From Actinomycetes bacterium (GTDB lineage Bacteria > Actinomycetota > Acidimicrobiia > Acidimicrobiales > Microtrichaceae), in assembly GCA_023434535.1 (NCBI GenBank), contig JAEYSR010000207.1:1853-65852 (forward strand): a stretch of 64,000 bases of DNA, given 5' to 3'. Each line of letters starts with the position of its first letter. Position 1 is the stretch's first letter. A program made the position numbers and the translations under genes. The notes under the pieces were generated by a model. The model worked only from the letters and a program-made list of their open reading frames with translations. It did no database searches and was not told the DNA's origin. Shown one piece after another: positions 11,397 to 20,559 of the stretch.

Positions 11397-12901
11397 GCCG
11401 CCACCCCCAGGGCCTGCGAGTGGGTGCGCAGGGACAGGGCGATCTGCACGTGCTCGGCGTCCAGCGGTCCGTCGACCCCGTCCAGGTCCATCAGCGTGAG
11501 CGCCACCGCCCTGACCCGCTGTGCCCCGCGCATGGTCAGCCGCCCGGCCGACAGGCCGTCGCGGAGGACGGCGAGAGCGTCGGCTCCCAAGGGGGCGGCG
11601 CGCTCCAGCGCGGCGCCCCGGAGCTGGCGGTTGGCGACGACGCCGCGGTGCGCGGCCCTCCCCCGCGCCCGCTCGACCCGGGCACGGACGTCCGCCGTGC
11701 TCTCGCCCACCGACCGACTGCCGAGCACCTCCGACGCCGGAGGCGGGTCCACCCAGAGCCCGAGGTCGAAGCGGTCGAGCAGCGGTCCCGACAGCCGCCG
11801 CTGGTAGCGCTGGACCTGGACGGCGCTGCAGCGGCACGGGCCGAACACCCCGATCCCGCACGGGCACGGGTTGGTCGCCGCGACGAGGAGGAAGCGCGCC
11901 GGCAGGGTGGCGCCCACGTGGGCCCTGGCCACCCGGACCACCCCCGACTCCAGCGGTTGGCGCAGCGCGTCCAGGTGCGATGCGGGGAACTCTCCCAGCT
12001 CGTCGAGGAACAGCACCCCGCCGCTCGCGAGCGAGACCTCACCGGGCCGCAGGACCGACGACCCGCCTCCGATCAGCGCGACCAGGGACGCGGTGTGGTG
12101 CGGAGCCCGGAGAGGTGGCCGCCGGAGAAGGGTGGCGCTGCTCTCGAGAGCGCCCGCGGCGGAGTGGACCCGCGACACGTCGAGCGCGGCCTGGTCCGAC
12201 AGGTCGGGCAGCAGCCCGGGCAGGCGCTCGGCCAGCATGGTCTTGCCGCCGCCCGGAGGACCGACCATCAGGAGGTGGTGCCCTCCAGCGGCCGCCACCT
12301 CGAGGGCGCGCCGGGCGACGGCCTGGCCCTGGACGTCGGCCAGGTCCGGGGCGTCGGGCCGCACGACCGGGGCGGGACGCGGGTCGGCCATCGGCCACGG
12401 ATCCTCGCCCTTCAGCGCCCGCACCAGCTCGGTCAGCGTCCGGGCGCAGCGCACGTCGGGCCGCACGAGCGACGCCTCGGCGGCGTCGTCGGCGGCGACG
12501 ACCGGCCGCAGGTCCCCCACGGCCTCGCACAGCGGCAGCATCCCGATCACCGGGCGCAGCGTGCCGTCGAGTCCCAGCTCCCCGATGAAGGCGTGGCCCT
12601 CGAGCAGCTCGGCGTCCAGCTGACCGGTGGCGACGAGGAGGGCCAGGGCGATCGAGACGTCCAGGCCGGCGCCGACCTTCCGCAGGTGCGTGGGGGCCAG
12701 GTTCACCGTGGTCTTGGACTGCTTCACCGTGAAGCGCGACGACATCATGGCGGCGCGCACCCGGTCCCTGGACTCCCGGCACGACGCGTCGGGCAGGCCG
12801 ACGATGTTGAAGGCGGGGAGCCCCTCGCTGACGTGGACCTCCACCCGGACACGGTGTCCGCGGACGCCGATCAGGGTGGCCGAGTGGGAGATGGCGAGCA
12901 C
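11393..12901 (-). CDS. comM: YifB/ComM Mg-chelatase-like AAA+ helicase
   Basis: IVGLPDASCRESRDRV, GPPGGGKTMLA, RAPHHTAS, PGEVSLA, LFLDELGEF, NPCPCG, SGPLLDRFD; GAGGAGG RBS. Confidence 0.95.
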   Translation of the reverse strand: MLAISHSATLIGVRGHRVRVEVHVSEGLPAFNIVGLPDASCRESRDRVRAAMMSSRFTVKQSKTTVNLAPTHLRKVGAGLDVSIALALLVATGQLDAELLEGHAFIGELGLDGTLRPVIGMLPLCEAVGDLRPVVAADDAAEASLVRPDVRCARTLTELVRALKGEDPWPMADPRPAPVVRPDAPDLADVQGQAVARRALEVAAAGGHHLLMVGPPGGGKTMLAERLPGLLPDLSDQAALDVSRVHSAAGALESSATLLRRPPLRAPHHTASLVALIGGGSSVLRPGEVSLASGGVLFLDELGEFPASHLDALRQPLESGVVRVARAHVGATLPARFLLVAATNPCPCGIGVFGPCRCSAVQVQRYQRRLSGPLLDRFDLGLWVDPPPASEVLGSRSVGESTADVRARVERARGRAAHRGVVANRQLRGAALERAAPLGADALAVLRDGLSAGRLTMRGAQRVRAVALTLMDLDGVDGPLDAEHVQIALSLRTHSQALGVAA

Positions 12902-13142
12902 GGCTGCCTCCTCGAAGGCGGTCGAGGCCCCGCGGGCGGCGGGGACCGGTGGCAGCCGTGAGCTGCGATCCCGACCCGATGGGTCGGTGAGGATCAACCT
13001 AGGCCCCCGCACCGACACGACGCAGACGATCCGACCGGGGACCGCGACCCGGTCCGGACCGTGCTCGCGGTGGGTGAGGGGGGCCGGTGGGGCGGCGAGA
13101 CCCGATCGAACGGTCCCGGACCAGCGGCGCGATGATCTGGGC

Positions 13143-13253
13143 ATGGGCATGAACCCGCACCACCAGCACCGGCGCTCGAACTGGGACTACGTCTACGTCG
13201 GGGCCGCGCTGGTGGTGGCGCTCGGCGTGCTGGCCTGGGCCTTCCTCGGCTGA
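13143..13253 (+). CDS. Small single-pass membrane protein (~36 aa)
   Basis: MGMNPHHQHRRSNWDYVYVGAALVVALGVLAWAFLG; GC-ending codons, one hydrophobic helix. Confidence 0.55.
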   Translation: MGMNPHHQHRRSNWDYVYVGAALVVALGVLAWAFLG

Positions 13254-13278
13254 GCGCGGCTGCCCCGGAGCTTCGGAC

Positions 13279-13488
13279 GTGCGCGACTACACGGCGACAG
13301 CCGAGTGCGAGGTGCGACGCGTCCAGCCGTACCAGGCGACCAAGTCCTACGTGTGCCCCGGGTGCAACCGGGACATCCCGGCCGGGACGGGCCACATCGT
13401 GGCGGTGCCGTTGGACGCCCCCGACCTCCGCCGCCACTGGCACCGGGGCTGCTGGGACCGCCGGCTCACACGCGCACCACGCCGCTGA
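13279..13488 (+). CDS. Small conserved actinobacterial putative Zn-binding protein
   Basis: KSYVCPGCNRDI...HIVAVP...RRHWHRGCW pattern (CxxC plus HxxC), recalled as an actinobacterial small-protein family. Confidence 0.75.
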   Translation: MRDYTATAECEVRRVQPYQATKSYVCPGCNRDIPAGTGHIVAVPLDAPDLRRHWHRGCWDRRLTRAPRR

Positions 13489-13503
13489 GCGCCACGTGAG
13501 GCG

Positions 13504-13878
13504 TCAGAACGCGTCGTGGAGGACCTCCACCCGACCGCTGGTGACGGCGGCGACGTCGAAGCGCAGGTCCCGGGCCCGCACGTCGTGCTCATCGAGCCAC
13601 ACCAGGGCCAGATGTCGCAGCCGGCGCTGCTTGTCCCGGCCGACCGCCTCGAACGGCGACCCGAACCGGTGGTTCGTGCGGGTCTTCACCTCGCAGAACA
13701 CGACGGTGTGGACGGGTCCCTCGACCAGCCCGAGGACGAGGTCGAGCTCGCCGTCGGCGCAGCGCCAGTTCCGGTCGTAGAGCAGGTAGCCCCGCTCCAG
13801 GTACCACCGCTGTGCGCGGTCCTCGCCGTACTGGCCCAGCAGGCGCTGGTCGTAGCGCCGCGACGTGTCCTCGACCAT
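13504..13878 (-). CDS. yraN: YraN family PD-(D/E)XK nuclease
   Basis: LGQYGE, RNWRCADGELDLV, VFCEVKTR, RFDVAAV. Confidence 0.93.
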   Translation of the reverse strand: MVEDTSRRYDQRLLGQYGEDRAQRWYLERGYLLYDRNWRCADGELDLVLGLVEGPVHTVVFCEVKTRTNHRFGSPFEAVGRDKQRRLRHLALVWLDEHDVRARDLRFDVAAVTSGRVEVLHDAF

Positions 13879-13953
13879 GGTTCCCCCTCGCCGGCTGTCC
13901 GGCGGTGATGACGGAGGGGGAAGTTCGAGCCCGACGGGCTCAGGACGCGACGA

Positions 13954-14298
13954 TCAGTCGCGCTTCTCCTTGATCTTGGCCGACTTACCGACGCGGTCGC
14001 GGAGGTAGTACAGCTTGGCGCGACGCACGTCGCCCCGGGTGTGGACCTCGATCTTGTCGATGATCGGCGAGTGCAGCGGGAAGGTGCGCTCGACGCCGAC
14101 GCCGTAGGAGAGCTTGCGGACGGTGAACGTCTCCTGCAGACCGCCGCCCTGGCGGGCGATCACGGCGCCCTGGAAGACCTGGACGCGCTCCTTGTTGCCC
14201 TCGATCACCTTCACGTGCACCTTCAGCGTGTCACCCGGCGCGAAGTCGGGGATGTCGGTGCGGAGGCTGGCCTGGTCGATGACATCGGTGGTCTTCAT
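13954..14298 (-). CDS. rplS: 50S ribosomal protein L19
   Basis: [53 protein letters not shown]. Confidence 0.98.
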   Translation of the reverse strand: MKTTDVIDQASLRTDIPDFAPGDTLKVHVKVIEGNKERVQVFQGAVIARQGGGLQETFTVRKLSYGVGVERTFPLHSPIIDKIEVHTRGDVRRAKLYYLRDRVGKSAKIKEKRD

Positions 14299-14447
14299 GG
14301 AGATCTCCTGGGGGGCGCCCATGCCGACCGGTGTGTCGGCGTGTGGGACCGCGTCCGGCGGTCCTGGCGCACAGCGGGTCGATGATAGTGGGTCTGCAGT
14401 CGTCGGAGAAACCGGTGGGGGCGCCGGTGGCACCGGTGCCGACCACC

Positions 14448-16166
14448 TCAACCGGCCCGGAAGCCCGTGACCGTGGGCAGCCGGACGGTGATGCTGCGCA
14501 GATCCACCGTGCCGCCGAGGCGGGGCTCACCGTAGAGGGTGGTGGTGGCGACGACCTGCAGCTGGAGGTCCGAGTCCGGCCCCACCCGTTGGGCGACCAC
14601 CTCCATCGGGACCGCCACGCTGCGCTCCTCGCCGTCGAGCACGACCGGGACCGGGGTGATCTGGTTGCCCACCACCACGCCGGTCGCACGGTCGACCAGC
14701 TGGGCGAACAGCCGGGTCGGGCGCTCCCCCGTCGCCGCGGTGCCGGCGTAGGTGATCGAGAGCTCCGGCGGGCCGAGGACCATGGCGTCGGCCGTCACCG
14801 GGATCGCCACGTCGACCGACCTGGTGGCCGGCGACGGGATGATGGACCCGGCGACCCCGGAGAGGATGTCGACCTTGTCGGCCGGCACCTCGGCCGGCCC
14901 CGATCCGCCCCCGGCCGCGAGCTCGAGCCGGCCGGATGCGGTCGCCACGACGGGCTCGCCGGCCGGGAGCGGGTAGTCGTCCGCGACGTGGCGATCGCCG
15001 TCCTGGTCGAGGAAGTCGAACCGAGGTCCGGTGTCGACCGACTCGTCGCGCCGCACGTAGCGGTCCAGCCAGTCGACGATCCGGCGCACCATGCGGTCCT
15101 CGTCGCCCTTCTCGGTCAGGCAGGTCCCGTGACCGCCGCAGAACCAGTACATCGAGACCGGCGTGCCGGCGTCGCGCAGCAACCGGTAGTTGGCGATGTC
15201 CTCGGCGAGCGTGAAGAGGGTGTCGACGGTGCCGCCGACGACCATCGTCGGCGCCGTGATCGCCGCGACCGAGTCGCCCGGCCCACGAGCCGCGAACCAG
15301 TCGACCTGCTCGTCGGTGAGCACGCCGGTCGACCGGCCCTGGGCGTTGGCCTCACCGATCATCGGGTCCAGGTCCGCGGTCGCCGCCACGCCGCTCAGGA
15401 TCTCGGCCCATCCCTGCTTGTAGGTCTCGTCCTTGTACAGCGAGGTGATCAGCGAGTTCCACGCGATGATCGGCACGATGGCGTCGACGCGGCAGTCGAT
15501 CGCCGCGGTGACCAGCTGGATGCCGCCGCCGTAGGAGCCTCCGACCATGCCGGCGGCTGGGTCACCCGTCGCGTCGAGCTGCGCCTCGGGTCGGGCCGCG
15601 ACCCAGTCCAGGAGCCGACGCACGTCCCGGCCCTCGACGTCGGGCGAGTTCACTTCGGCGCTGCCGCTCGACGCACCGAACCCCCGGGGGTCCCACGTCA
15701 GGACGTTGTAGCCGGCGTCGTGGAGCGTCGCGATGTTGACCGCGCCGAGCACGCCGACGGCGTCGACGTCGGTGTCGCCGGTCAGGCCCCATCCCGGTCC
15801 CATCAGGACCGTCGGGCCGGGGGCGGACCCGTCGCCGACGGGGAACCAGTGGGCGCGGATCGTCGTCCCGTCGAACGACGTGACGTCCACGTCCGACGGG
15901 AGCCCCGGAACCGGGGTGGACTCGACCGGTCCCGTCGGCTCGACGGCGCACGGGTGCCGAGGGGTGTCCGCGGGAGGAACGGAGGAGGAGGTGGAGGCGC
16001 CGGCCACCTCGGCCGGCGCTCCCCGACCGTCGACGTCGCGCGTGCACGCCGCGCCGATGACGAGCATCGACGCGACGGCGCACGCCGTCGCCGTCCGCCA
16101 CGCTCCGCGCCGCCGCGGCGGGTCCCCGCCGGTCGTGCCATCGAGATCCGTGATCGGGTTCGACAC
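14448..16166 (-). CDS. CocE/NonD (peptidase S15) family alpha/beta hydrolase, probable lipoprotein
   Basis: [29 protein letters not shown], nucleophile GGSYGGG, DTLF, CGGHG; N-terminal hydrophobic stretch ending GAAC. Confidence 0.88.
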   Translation of the reverse strand: MSNPITDLDGTTGGDPPRRRGAWRTATACAVASMLVIGAACTRDVDGRGAPAEVAGASTSSSVPPADTPRHPCAVEPTGPVESTPVPGLPSDVDVTSFDGTTIRAHWFPVGDGSAPGPTVLMGPGWGLTGDTDVDAVGVLGAVNIATLHDAGYNVLTWDPRGFGASSGSAEVNSPDVEGRDVRRLLDWVAARPEAQLDATGDPAAGMVGGSYGGGIQLVTAAIDCRVDAIVPIIAWNSLITSLYKDETYKQGWAEILSGVAATADLDPMIGEANAQGRSTGVLTDEQVDWFAARGPGDSVAAITAPTMVVGGTVDTLFTLAEDIANYRLLRDAGTPVSMYWFCGGHGTCLTEKGDEDRMVRRIVDWLDRYVRRDESVDTGPRFDFLDQDGDRHVADDYPLPAGEPVVATASGRLELAAGGGSGPAEVPADKVDILSGVAGSIIPSPATRSVDVAIPVTADAMVLGPPELSITYAGTAATGERPTRLFAQLVDRATGVVVGNQITPVPVVLDGEERSVAVPMEVVAQRVGPDSDLQLQVVATTTLYGEPRLGGTVDLRSITVRLPTVTGFRAG

Positions 16167-16197
16167 GGGACATCCTCTCCCGGCGCCGGCGCTCCGC

Positions 16198-16965
16198 TCA
16201 GTCCCGGCCGGCCCCGTCCGCCCCCGGACCGCTGTCGGCCGGAAGCTCCATGTCGAACTCTTCCAGCAATCGGAGCTCAGCTGGCGTCAATCCACCACGG
16301 GCGGCGATGAGGTCCGGACGGTGCTCCGCCGTTCGCACCAGGGCGGAGGCCAGGCGCCAGCGAGCCACCCGGGCGTGGTCGCCCGACCGGAGGACCGCCG
16401 GGACCTCCCACCCCCGGTACTCGGCCGGACGAGTGTACTGCGGGTGCTCGAGCAGGCCGTGGGAGAAGGACTCCTCGTCCGCGGACGTGTCGTTGCCCAT
16501 CACCCCGGGCACCAGGCGACCGACGGCCTCGAGGACGACCATCGCGGCCACCTCCCCGCCGGCCAGCACGACGTCGCCGATCGACAGCTCCCCGTCGACC
16601 AGATGGGTGCGGACCCGGTCGTCGACGCCCTCGTAGCGGCCGCAGAGGAGCGAGAACCCGTCCAACGAGGCGAGCTCGCGGGCGAAGGGCTGGTCCAGGG
16701 TCCGGCCGCCCGGGCCCAGGAGGAACAGCGGGCGGGGCGGCTGCTCGCGCTCGACGGTGTCGAACACCGGCCCGGGGGTCAGCACCATGCCGGCGCCTCC
16801 CCCGAACGGCGAGTCGTCCACCGTGCGGTGGACATCCGTGGTGGCGTCGCGCAGGTCGTGGACCCGGATGTCGAGCAGGCCCTTCGCCCGGGCCTTGCCG
16901 ATCAGGCTCTGGTCGGCGAAGTCCCGGACCATCTCGGGGAAGATCGTGATGACGTCGATGCGCAT
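16198..16965 (-). CDS. trmD: tRNA (guanine-N1)-methyltransferase
   Basis: VDDSPFGGGAGMVL, CGRYEGVDDR, SIGDVVLAGGE, LLEHPQYTRP. Confidence 0.98.
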   Translation of the reverse strand: MRIDVITIFPEMVRDFADQSLIGKARAKGLLDIRVHDLRDATTDVHRTVDDSPFGGGAGMVLTPGPVFDTVEREQPPRPLFLLGPGGRTLDQPFARELASLDGFSLLCGRYEGVDDRVRTHLVDGELSIGDVVLAGGEVAAMVVLEAVGRLVPGVMGNDTSADEESFSHGLLEHPQYTRPAEYRGWEVPAVLRSGDHARVARWRLASALVRTAEHRPDLIAARGGLTPAELRLLEEFDMELPADSGPGADGAGRD

Positions 16966-17002
16966 GTGGGTCAGCTCCGGTCCTCGACGGCCAGGGCGGG
17001 CG

Positions 17003-17485
17003 TCACGAACCGAGCTCGAACAGACCGTCGGGGACGTCGACGTGCACCACGCCGTCGGTCGGTCCGTCCACGACGAAGACCACCGGGACCAGTGCTCCGG
17101 AGTCCAGCACCAGGAGGTCGGCGGCCGGGTTGTCCTGCACGGCGGTCACGGTGCCGCGCTCCACGCCGTCGGAGCTGATCACCGTGGCGCCCACCAGCTC
17201 GTGGACCCAGAGCTCCTCGGGGTCCTCGAGCGGTTCGGCACGCAGCTCGAGTCCGCGCAGCGCCTCCGCCGACGACCGGTCGTCGTGGCCGGCGAAGCGC
17301 ACGAGCCAGCGGTCGCCGTGCGGGCGCGACGACGCGACGGTGAGGTCGCCGCGATCGGTCGACAGCACGGAGCCGGGGTCCAGTCGCTCGGTCCGGTTGG
17401 ACACGAGGACGACATTGACCTCGCCGTTGAGCCCGTGGGCCTTTGCGATGCGGCCGATCTCGAGGAGCGGCGGGCCGTCGGGCAC
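17003..17485 (-). CDS. rimM: Ribosome maturation factor RimM
   Basis: IGRIAKAHGLNGEV, DRSSAEALRG, LVPVVFV, VPDGL; between khpA and trmD. Confidence 0.93.
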   Translation of the reverse strand: MPDGPPLLEIGRIAKAHGLNGEVNVVLVSNRTERLDPGSVLSTDRGDLTVASSRPHGDRWLVRFAGHDDRSSAEALRGLELRAEPLEDPEELWVHELVGATVISSDGVERGTVTAVQDNPAADLLVLDSGALVPVVFVVDGPTDGVVHVDVPDGLFELGS

Positions 17486-17502
17486 GGCGGTGGGACCGTC
17501 GT

Positions 17503-17805
17503 TCAGTCGAGGAACTCGACGTCGATCTCGACGCCGTCGTGGGCGGCCGCGGCCCGGGTGACCGTGCGGATCGCGTTGGCCATCCGGCCACGCTTGCCGA
17601 TGATGCGACCCATGTCGCCGTCGGCGACCCGGAGGTTGACCTGGGGGCGCCGGCCCTTCTCGTCGATGTCGACGCGGACCTCGTCGGGCACGTCGACCAG
17701 CGACTTGGCGATGTGCTCGAGCACCGCAGCGGCGTGCTCGGGGCGGGGCTCGTCGGCCTCCACCTCGTCGACCTCGATCTCGTCGACCTCGACCTGGTCG
17801 GTCAC
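17503..17805 (-). CDS. khpA: KH-domain RNA-binding protein KhpA
   Basis: LVDVPDEV, DMGRIIGKRGRMANAIRTV; GTGA overlap with rpsP. Confidence 0.92.
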   Translation of the reverse strand: MTDQVEVDEIEVDEVEADEPRPEHAAAVLEHIAKSLVDVPDEVRVDIDEKGRRPQVNLRVADGDMGRIIGKRGRMANAIRTVTRAAAAHDGVEIDVEFLD

Positions 17806-18074
17806 TTGCCGGCCTTGGCGGACTGGAACTCGTCCCATGCGCCGGAGATCTGCAGCAGCTTCTGCACCCGCTCGGAGGGCTGGGCGCCCTTGCGGAGCCA
17901 GTCGACGGCCTTCTCGTTGTCGACGGTCACGGCAGACGGCTCGCGGCGGGGGTCGTAGGTGCCCACGATCTCGATGAACCGGCCGTCGCGGGGGGAACGC
18001 GAGTCGGCGGCGACGATGCGGTAGGTGGGCTGCTTCTTCTTGCCCATCCGCATGAGGCGGAGTCGAACTGCCAC
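17802..18074 (-). CDS. rpsP: 30S ribosomal protein S16
   Basis: AVRLRLMRMGKKKQPTYRIVAADSRSPRDGRFIE, WLRKGAQPS. Confidence 0.98.
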   Translation of the reverse strand: MAVRLRLMRMGKKKQPTYRIVAADSRSPRDGRFIEIVGTYDPRREPSAVTVDNEKAVDWLRKGAQPSERVQKLLQISGAWDEFQSAKAGK

Positions 18075-18218
18075 GGAGTTGTCCTTCTTCTGCTGTTGTG
18101 CGGTCTGTCTCGAACTGGATGTCACGCTCCGGCCGTGGGGCCGGACGAGCTGCGGGCCTGGTCGGGCGTCCGCCGTGCCGGGGCACGCGACACGTCCTCG
18201 GACGCAGGGCAGCGGTCC

Positions 18219-18247
18219 ATGATGGTCGCCCGGAGCCCGGGAGGCAA
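18219..18247 (-). promoter_or_regulatory. Putative sigma70-type promoter of the rpsP operon
   Basis: TTGCCT (18247-18242) - 17 bp - CATCAT (18224-18219). Confidence 0.5.
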
Positions 18248-18304
18248 GCTCCCCGGCCCTCGACGATCCGTGCCGCGGACACGGCACGGCCACCGGCGAC
18301 GCGG

Positions 18305-19777
18305 TCAGGACAGCTTGGGGAACCCACCGCCCTTGGGCATCTGGGCCTCCATCTCCTCCAGGGTCGGGAGGGTGAAGGCGGCCTTGTTCACCTGGGCCGG
18401 GCCCTTGGCGGTGACCCGTCCGCCCTTCTTGGCCTTCTTGCCGCCGCCCTTCTTGCCCTTGCGGCGACGCGGCGTCTTGCCCATCTCCTTCATCATCTGG
18501 CGCATCTGCTTGAACTGCGTGATGAGCTGCGTGACCTCGCCGGCCGACGTGCCGGACCCCCGGGCGATGCGGGTGCGGCGGGATCCGTCAATGATGTCGG
18601 GCTCGACGCGCTCGGCCGGCGTCATCGACTTGATGATCGCCTCCACGTGGGCGATCTGGCGGTCGTCGATCTCGACGTCGCGCACCTCCTTCGGCACGCC
18701 CGGCAGCATCGACATGACGCCGGAGAGCGGACCCATCTTCTTGAGGGCCTGCATCTGCTCCAGGAAGTCGTCGAGGGTGAAGGTCCCGTCGAGGAGCCGG
18801 GCGGCGGCCGCCTCGGCCTCGTCCTGCTCGAAGGCCGTCTCCGCCTTCTCGATCAGGGTGGCCAGGTCGCCCTCTCCCAGGATCCGGCCGGCCAGGCGGT
18901 CGGGGTGGAAGAGGTCGAAGTCCTCGAGCTTCTCGCCGGTCGACGCGAAGGCGATCGGACGTCCGACCACCTCCTTGACCGACAGCGCGGCGCCGCCGCG
19001 TGCGTCGCCGTCGAGCTTGGTCAGGATGACGGCGTCGAGCTCGAGCGTCTCGTGGAACGACTCGGCCACCGTGACCGCGTCCTGACCGGTCATCGCGTCG
19101 ACGACCAGGAACGTGTAGTCGGGATCGAGCGAGTCGGAGATCCGGCGGACCTGGTCCATCATCTCGGCGTCGATCGCCAGCCGACCGGCCGTGTCCACGA
19201 TCAGGACGTCGCGACCCCGTCGGCGGGCCTCCTCCACCGCGCCCTGGGCGACGGCGACCGGATCGCCCTGGCCCGAGGCGACGACGTCGTCCTCGGCGGA
19301 CCACACCGGGACGTCGATCTGGGCGCCGAGGGTGCGGAGCTGCTGCACGGCGGCGGGCCGCTGCAGGTCCGCGCCGACCAGGATCGGGTTGCGGCCCTGC
19401 GCCTTGAACCAGCGCGCCAACTTGGCCGAGTTGGTCGTCTTGCCCGAGCCCTGGAGCCCGGCCATGAGCACGATCGTCGGGGGCTTCGACGCGTAGGTGA
19501 TGCGCAGCGTCTCGCCGCCGAGGGTCTCGGTCAGCTCCTCGAGGACGATCTTCTTGACCTGGAGGGCCGGGTTGAGCGCCCTGGAGAGGTCCTCGCCGAC
19601 GGCCCGCTCGCGGATGCGGGCGAGCATCGACTTGACCACGGTCAGGTTGACGTCGGCCTCGAGGAGGGCCAGGCGGATCTCCCGCAGGACCTCGTCGACG
19701 TCGGCCTCGGACAGTCGTCCCTTGCCGCGGAGCCGGGTGAAGATGCCGTCGAAACGGTCGGAGAGTGACTCGAACAT
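18305..19777 (-). CDS. ffh: Signal recognition particle protein
   Basis: GLQGSGKTT, DTAGR, DAMTGQDA, TKLDGDARGGAALS, Met-rich M domain. Confidence 0.98.
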   Translation of the reverse strand: MFESLSDRFDGIFTRLRGKGRLSEADVDEVLREIRLALLEADVNLTVVKSMLARIRERAVGEDLSRALNPALQVKKIVLEELTETLGGETLRITYASKPPTIVLMAGLQGSGKTTNSAKLARWFKAQGRNPILVGADLQRPAAVQQLRTLGAQIDVPVWSAEDDVVASGQGDPVAVAQGAVEEARRRGRDVLIVDTAGRLAIDAEMMDQVRRISDSLDPDYTFLVVDAMTGQDAVTVAESFHETLELDAVILTKLDGDARGGAALSVKEVVGRPIAFASTGEKLEDFDLFHPDRLAGRILGEGDLATLIEKAETAFEQDEAEAAAARLLDGTFTLDDFLEQMQALKKMGPLSGVMSMLPGVPKEVRDVEIDDRQIAHVEAIIKSMTPAERVEPDIIDGSRRTRIARGSGTSAGEVTQLITQFKQMRQMMKEMGKTPRRRKGKKGGGKKAKKGGRVTAKGPAQVNKAAFTLPTLEEMEAQMPKGGGFPKLS

Positions 19778-19854
19778 CGGGAGGCAACGCTACCGGCCCT
19801 GCACCGCCGTGCGGGAGCCGGGAACATCGCGGCGTCGGCGGCGTTGAGCCAGTC

Positions 19855-20499
19855 GTGCACATCGACGTCTGGTCCGACATGGTCTGCCCCTGGTGCTACC
19901 TGGGTTCACGCCGCCTTTCCACCGCCCTCGACCGCTTCCGTGAGCTCCACCCCGACACCGACGTCACGGTCCGCTGGCGGGCGTTCGAGCTCGATCCGGG
20001 TGCTCCTCCGGAGCCGCAGGACCTGCGCAGCGCTCTCGAGCGGAAGTACGGCCCCGGCTCGTTCGACTCGATGACCGGCCGACTCGTCGCCCTCGGCGCT
20101 CCCGAGGGGATCGACTACCGGTTCGACCTGGCCCAGCGCGTCAACACCTTCGACGCCCATCGCCTGGTCGAGTGGGCCGCGTCGGTCTCGGCCGAGGCCC
20201 AGGACCGGCTCGTGACCGCCGTGTTCGGCGCCTACTTCACGGAGGGTGCCGACATCTCGGACCACGCGGTACTGGTGGACCTCGCCCGCGGGGCCGGCCT
20301 CGACGCCGATGTCGCGACCGAGGTCCTGTCGTCGGGCGCCTACGCGGAGGAGGTCCGCGCGGACGAGGCCGGCGCGAGGGAGCGCGACATCTCCGGCGTC
20401 CCCGCCACCGTGGTCGACGAGCGACTCCTCGTCCCGGGCGCGCAGGAGGTCGACACGTTCCTCCGGGTGCTGGAGAAGGCCGCCGCAGCGGCCGGCTGA
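19855..20499 (+). CDS. DsbA-family (FrnE-like) oxidoreductase
   Basis: IDVWSDMVCPWCYLG, AFELDP, NTFDAHRL, ISGVP, GAQ. Confidence 0.92.
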   Translation: MHIDVWSDMVCPWCYLGSRRLSTALDRFRELHPDTDVTVRWRAFELDPGAPPEPQDLRSALERKYGPGSFDSMTGRLVALGAPEGIDYRFDLAQRVNTFDAHRLVEWAASVSAEAQDRLVTAVFGAYFTEGADISDHAVLVDLARGAGLDADVATEVLSSGAYAEEVRADEAGARERDISGVPATVVDERLLVPGAQEVDTFLRVLEKAAAAAG

Positions 20500-20559
20500 G
20501 CGGTCGGCCGGACGCGCCGGCCGAACGCCGCAGCGCAGCGCTCCGTCTACCCTGACCGG

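Noticed and set aside
13927..13941. GAGCCC-GAC-GGGCTC hairpin after rplS as an intrinsic terminator
   Set aside because: Only a 6-bp stem with no U-tract; plausible but not supportable
17750..17796. Repetitive GTCGACCTCGA-like tract at the khpA 5' end
   Set aside because: Encodes a low-complexity acidic EVDEI/EVDEV N-terminus; not an independent element
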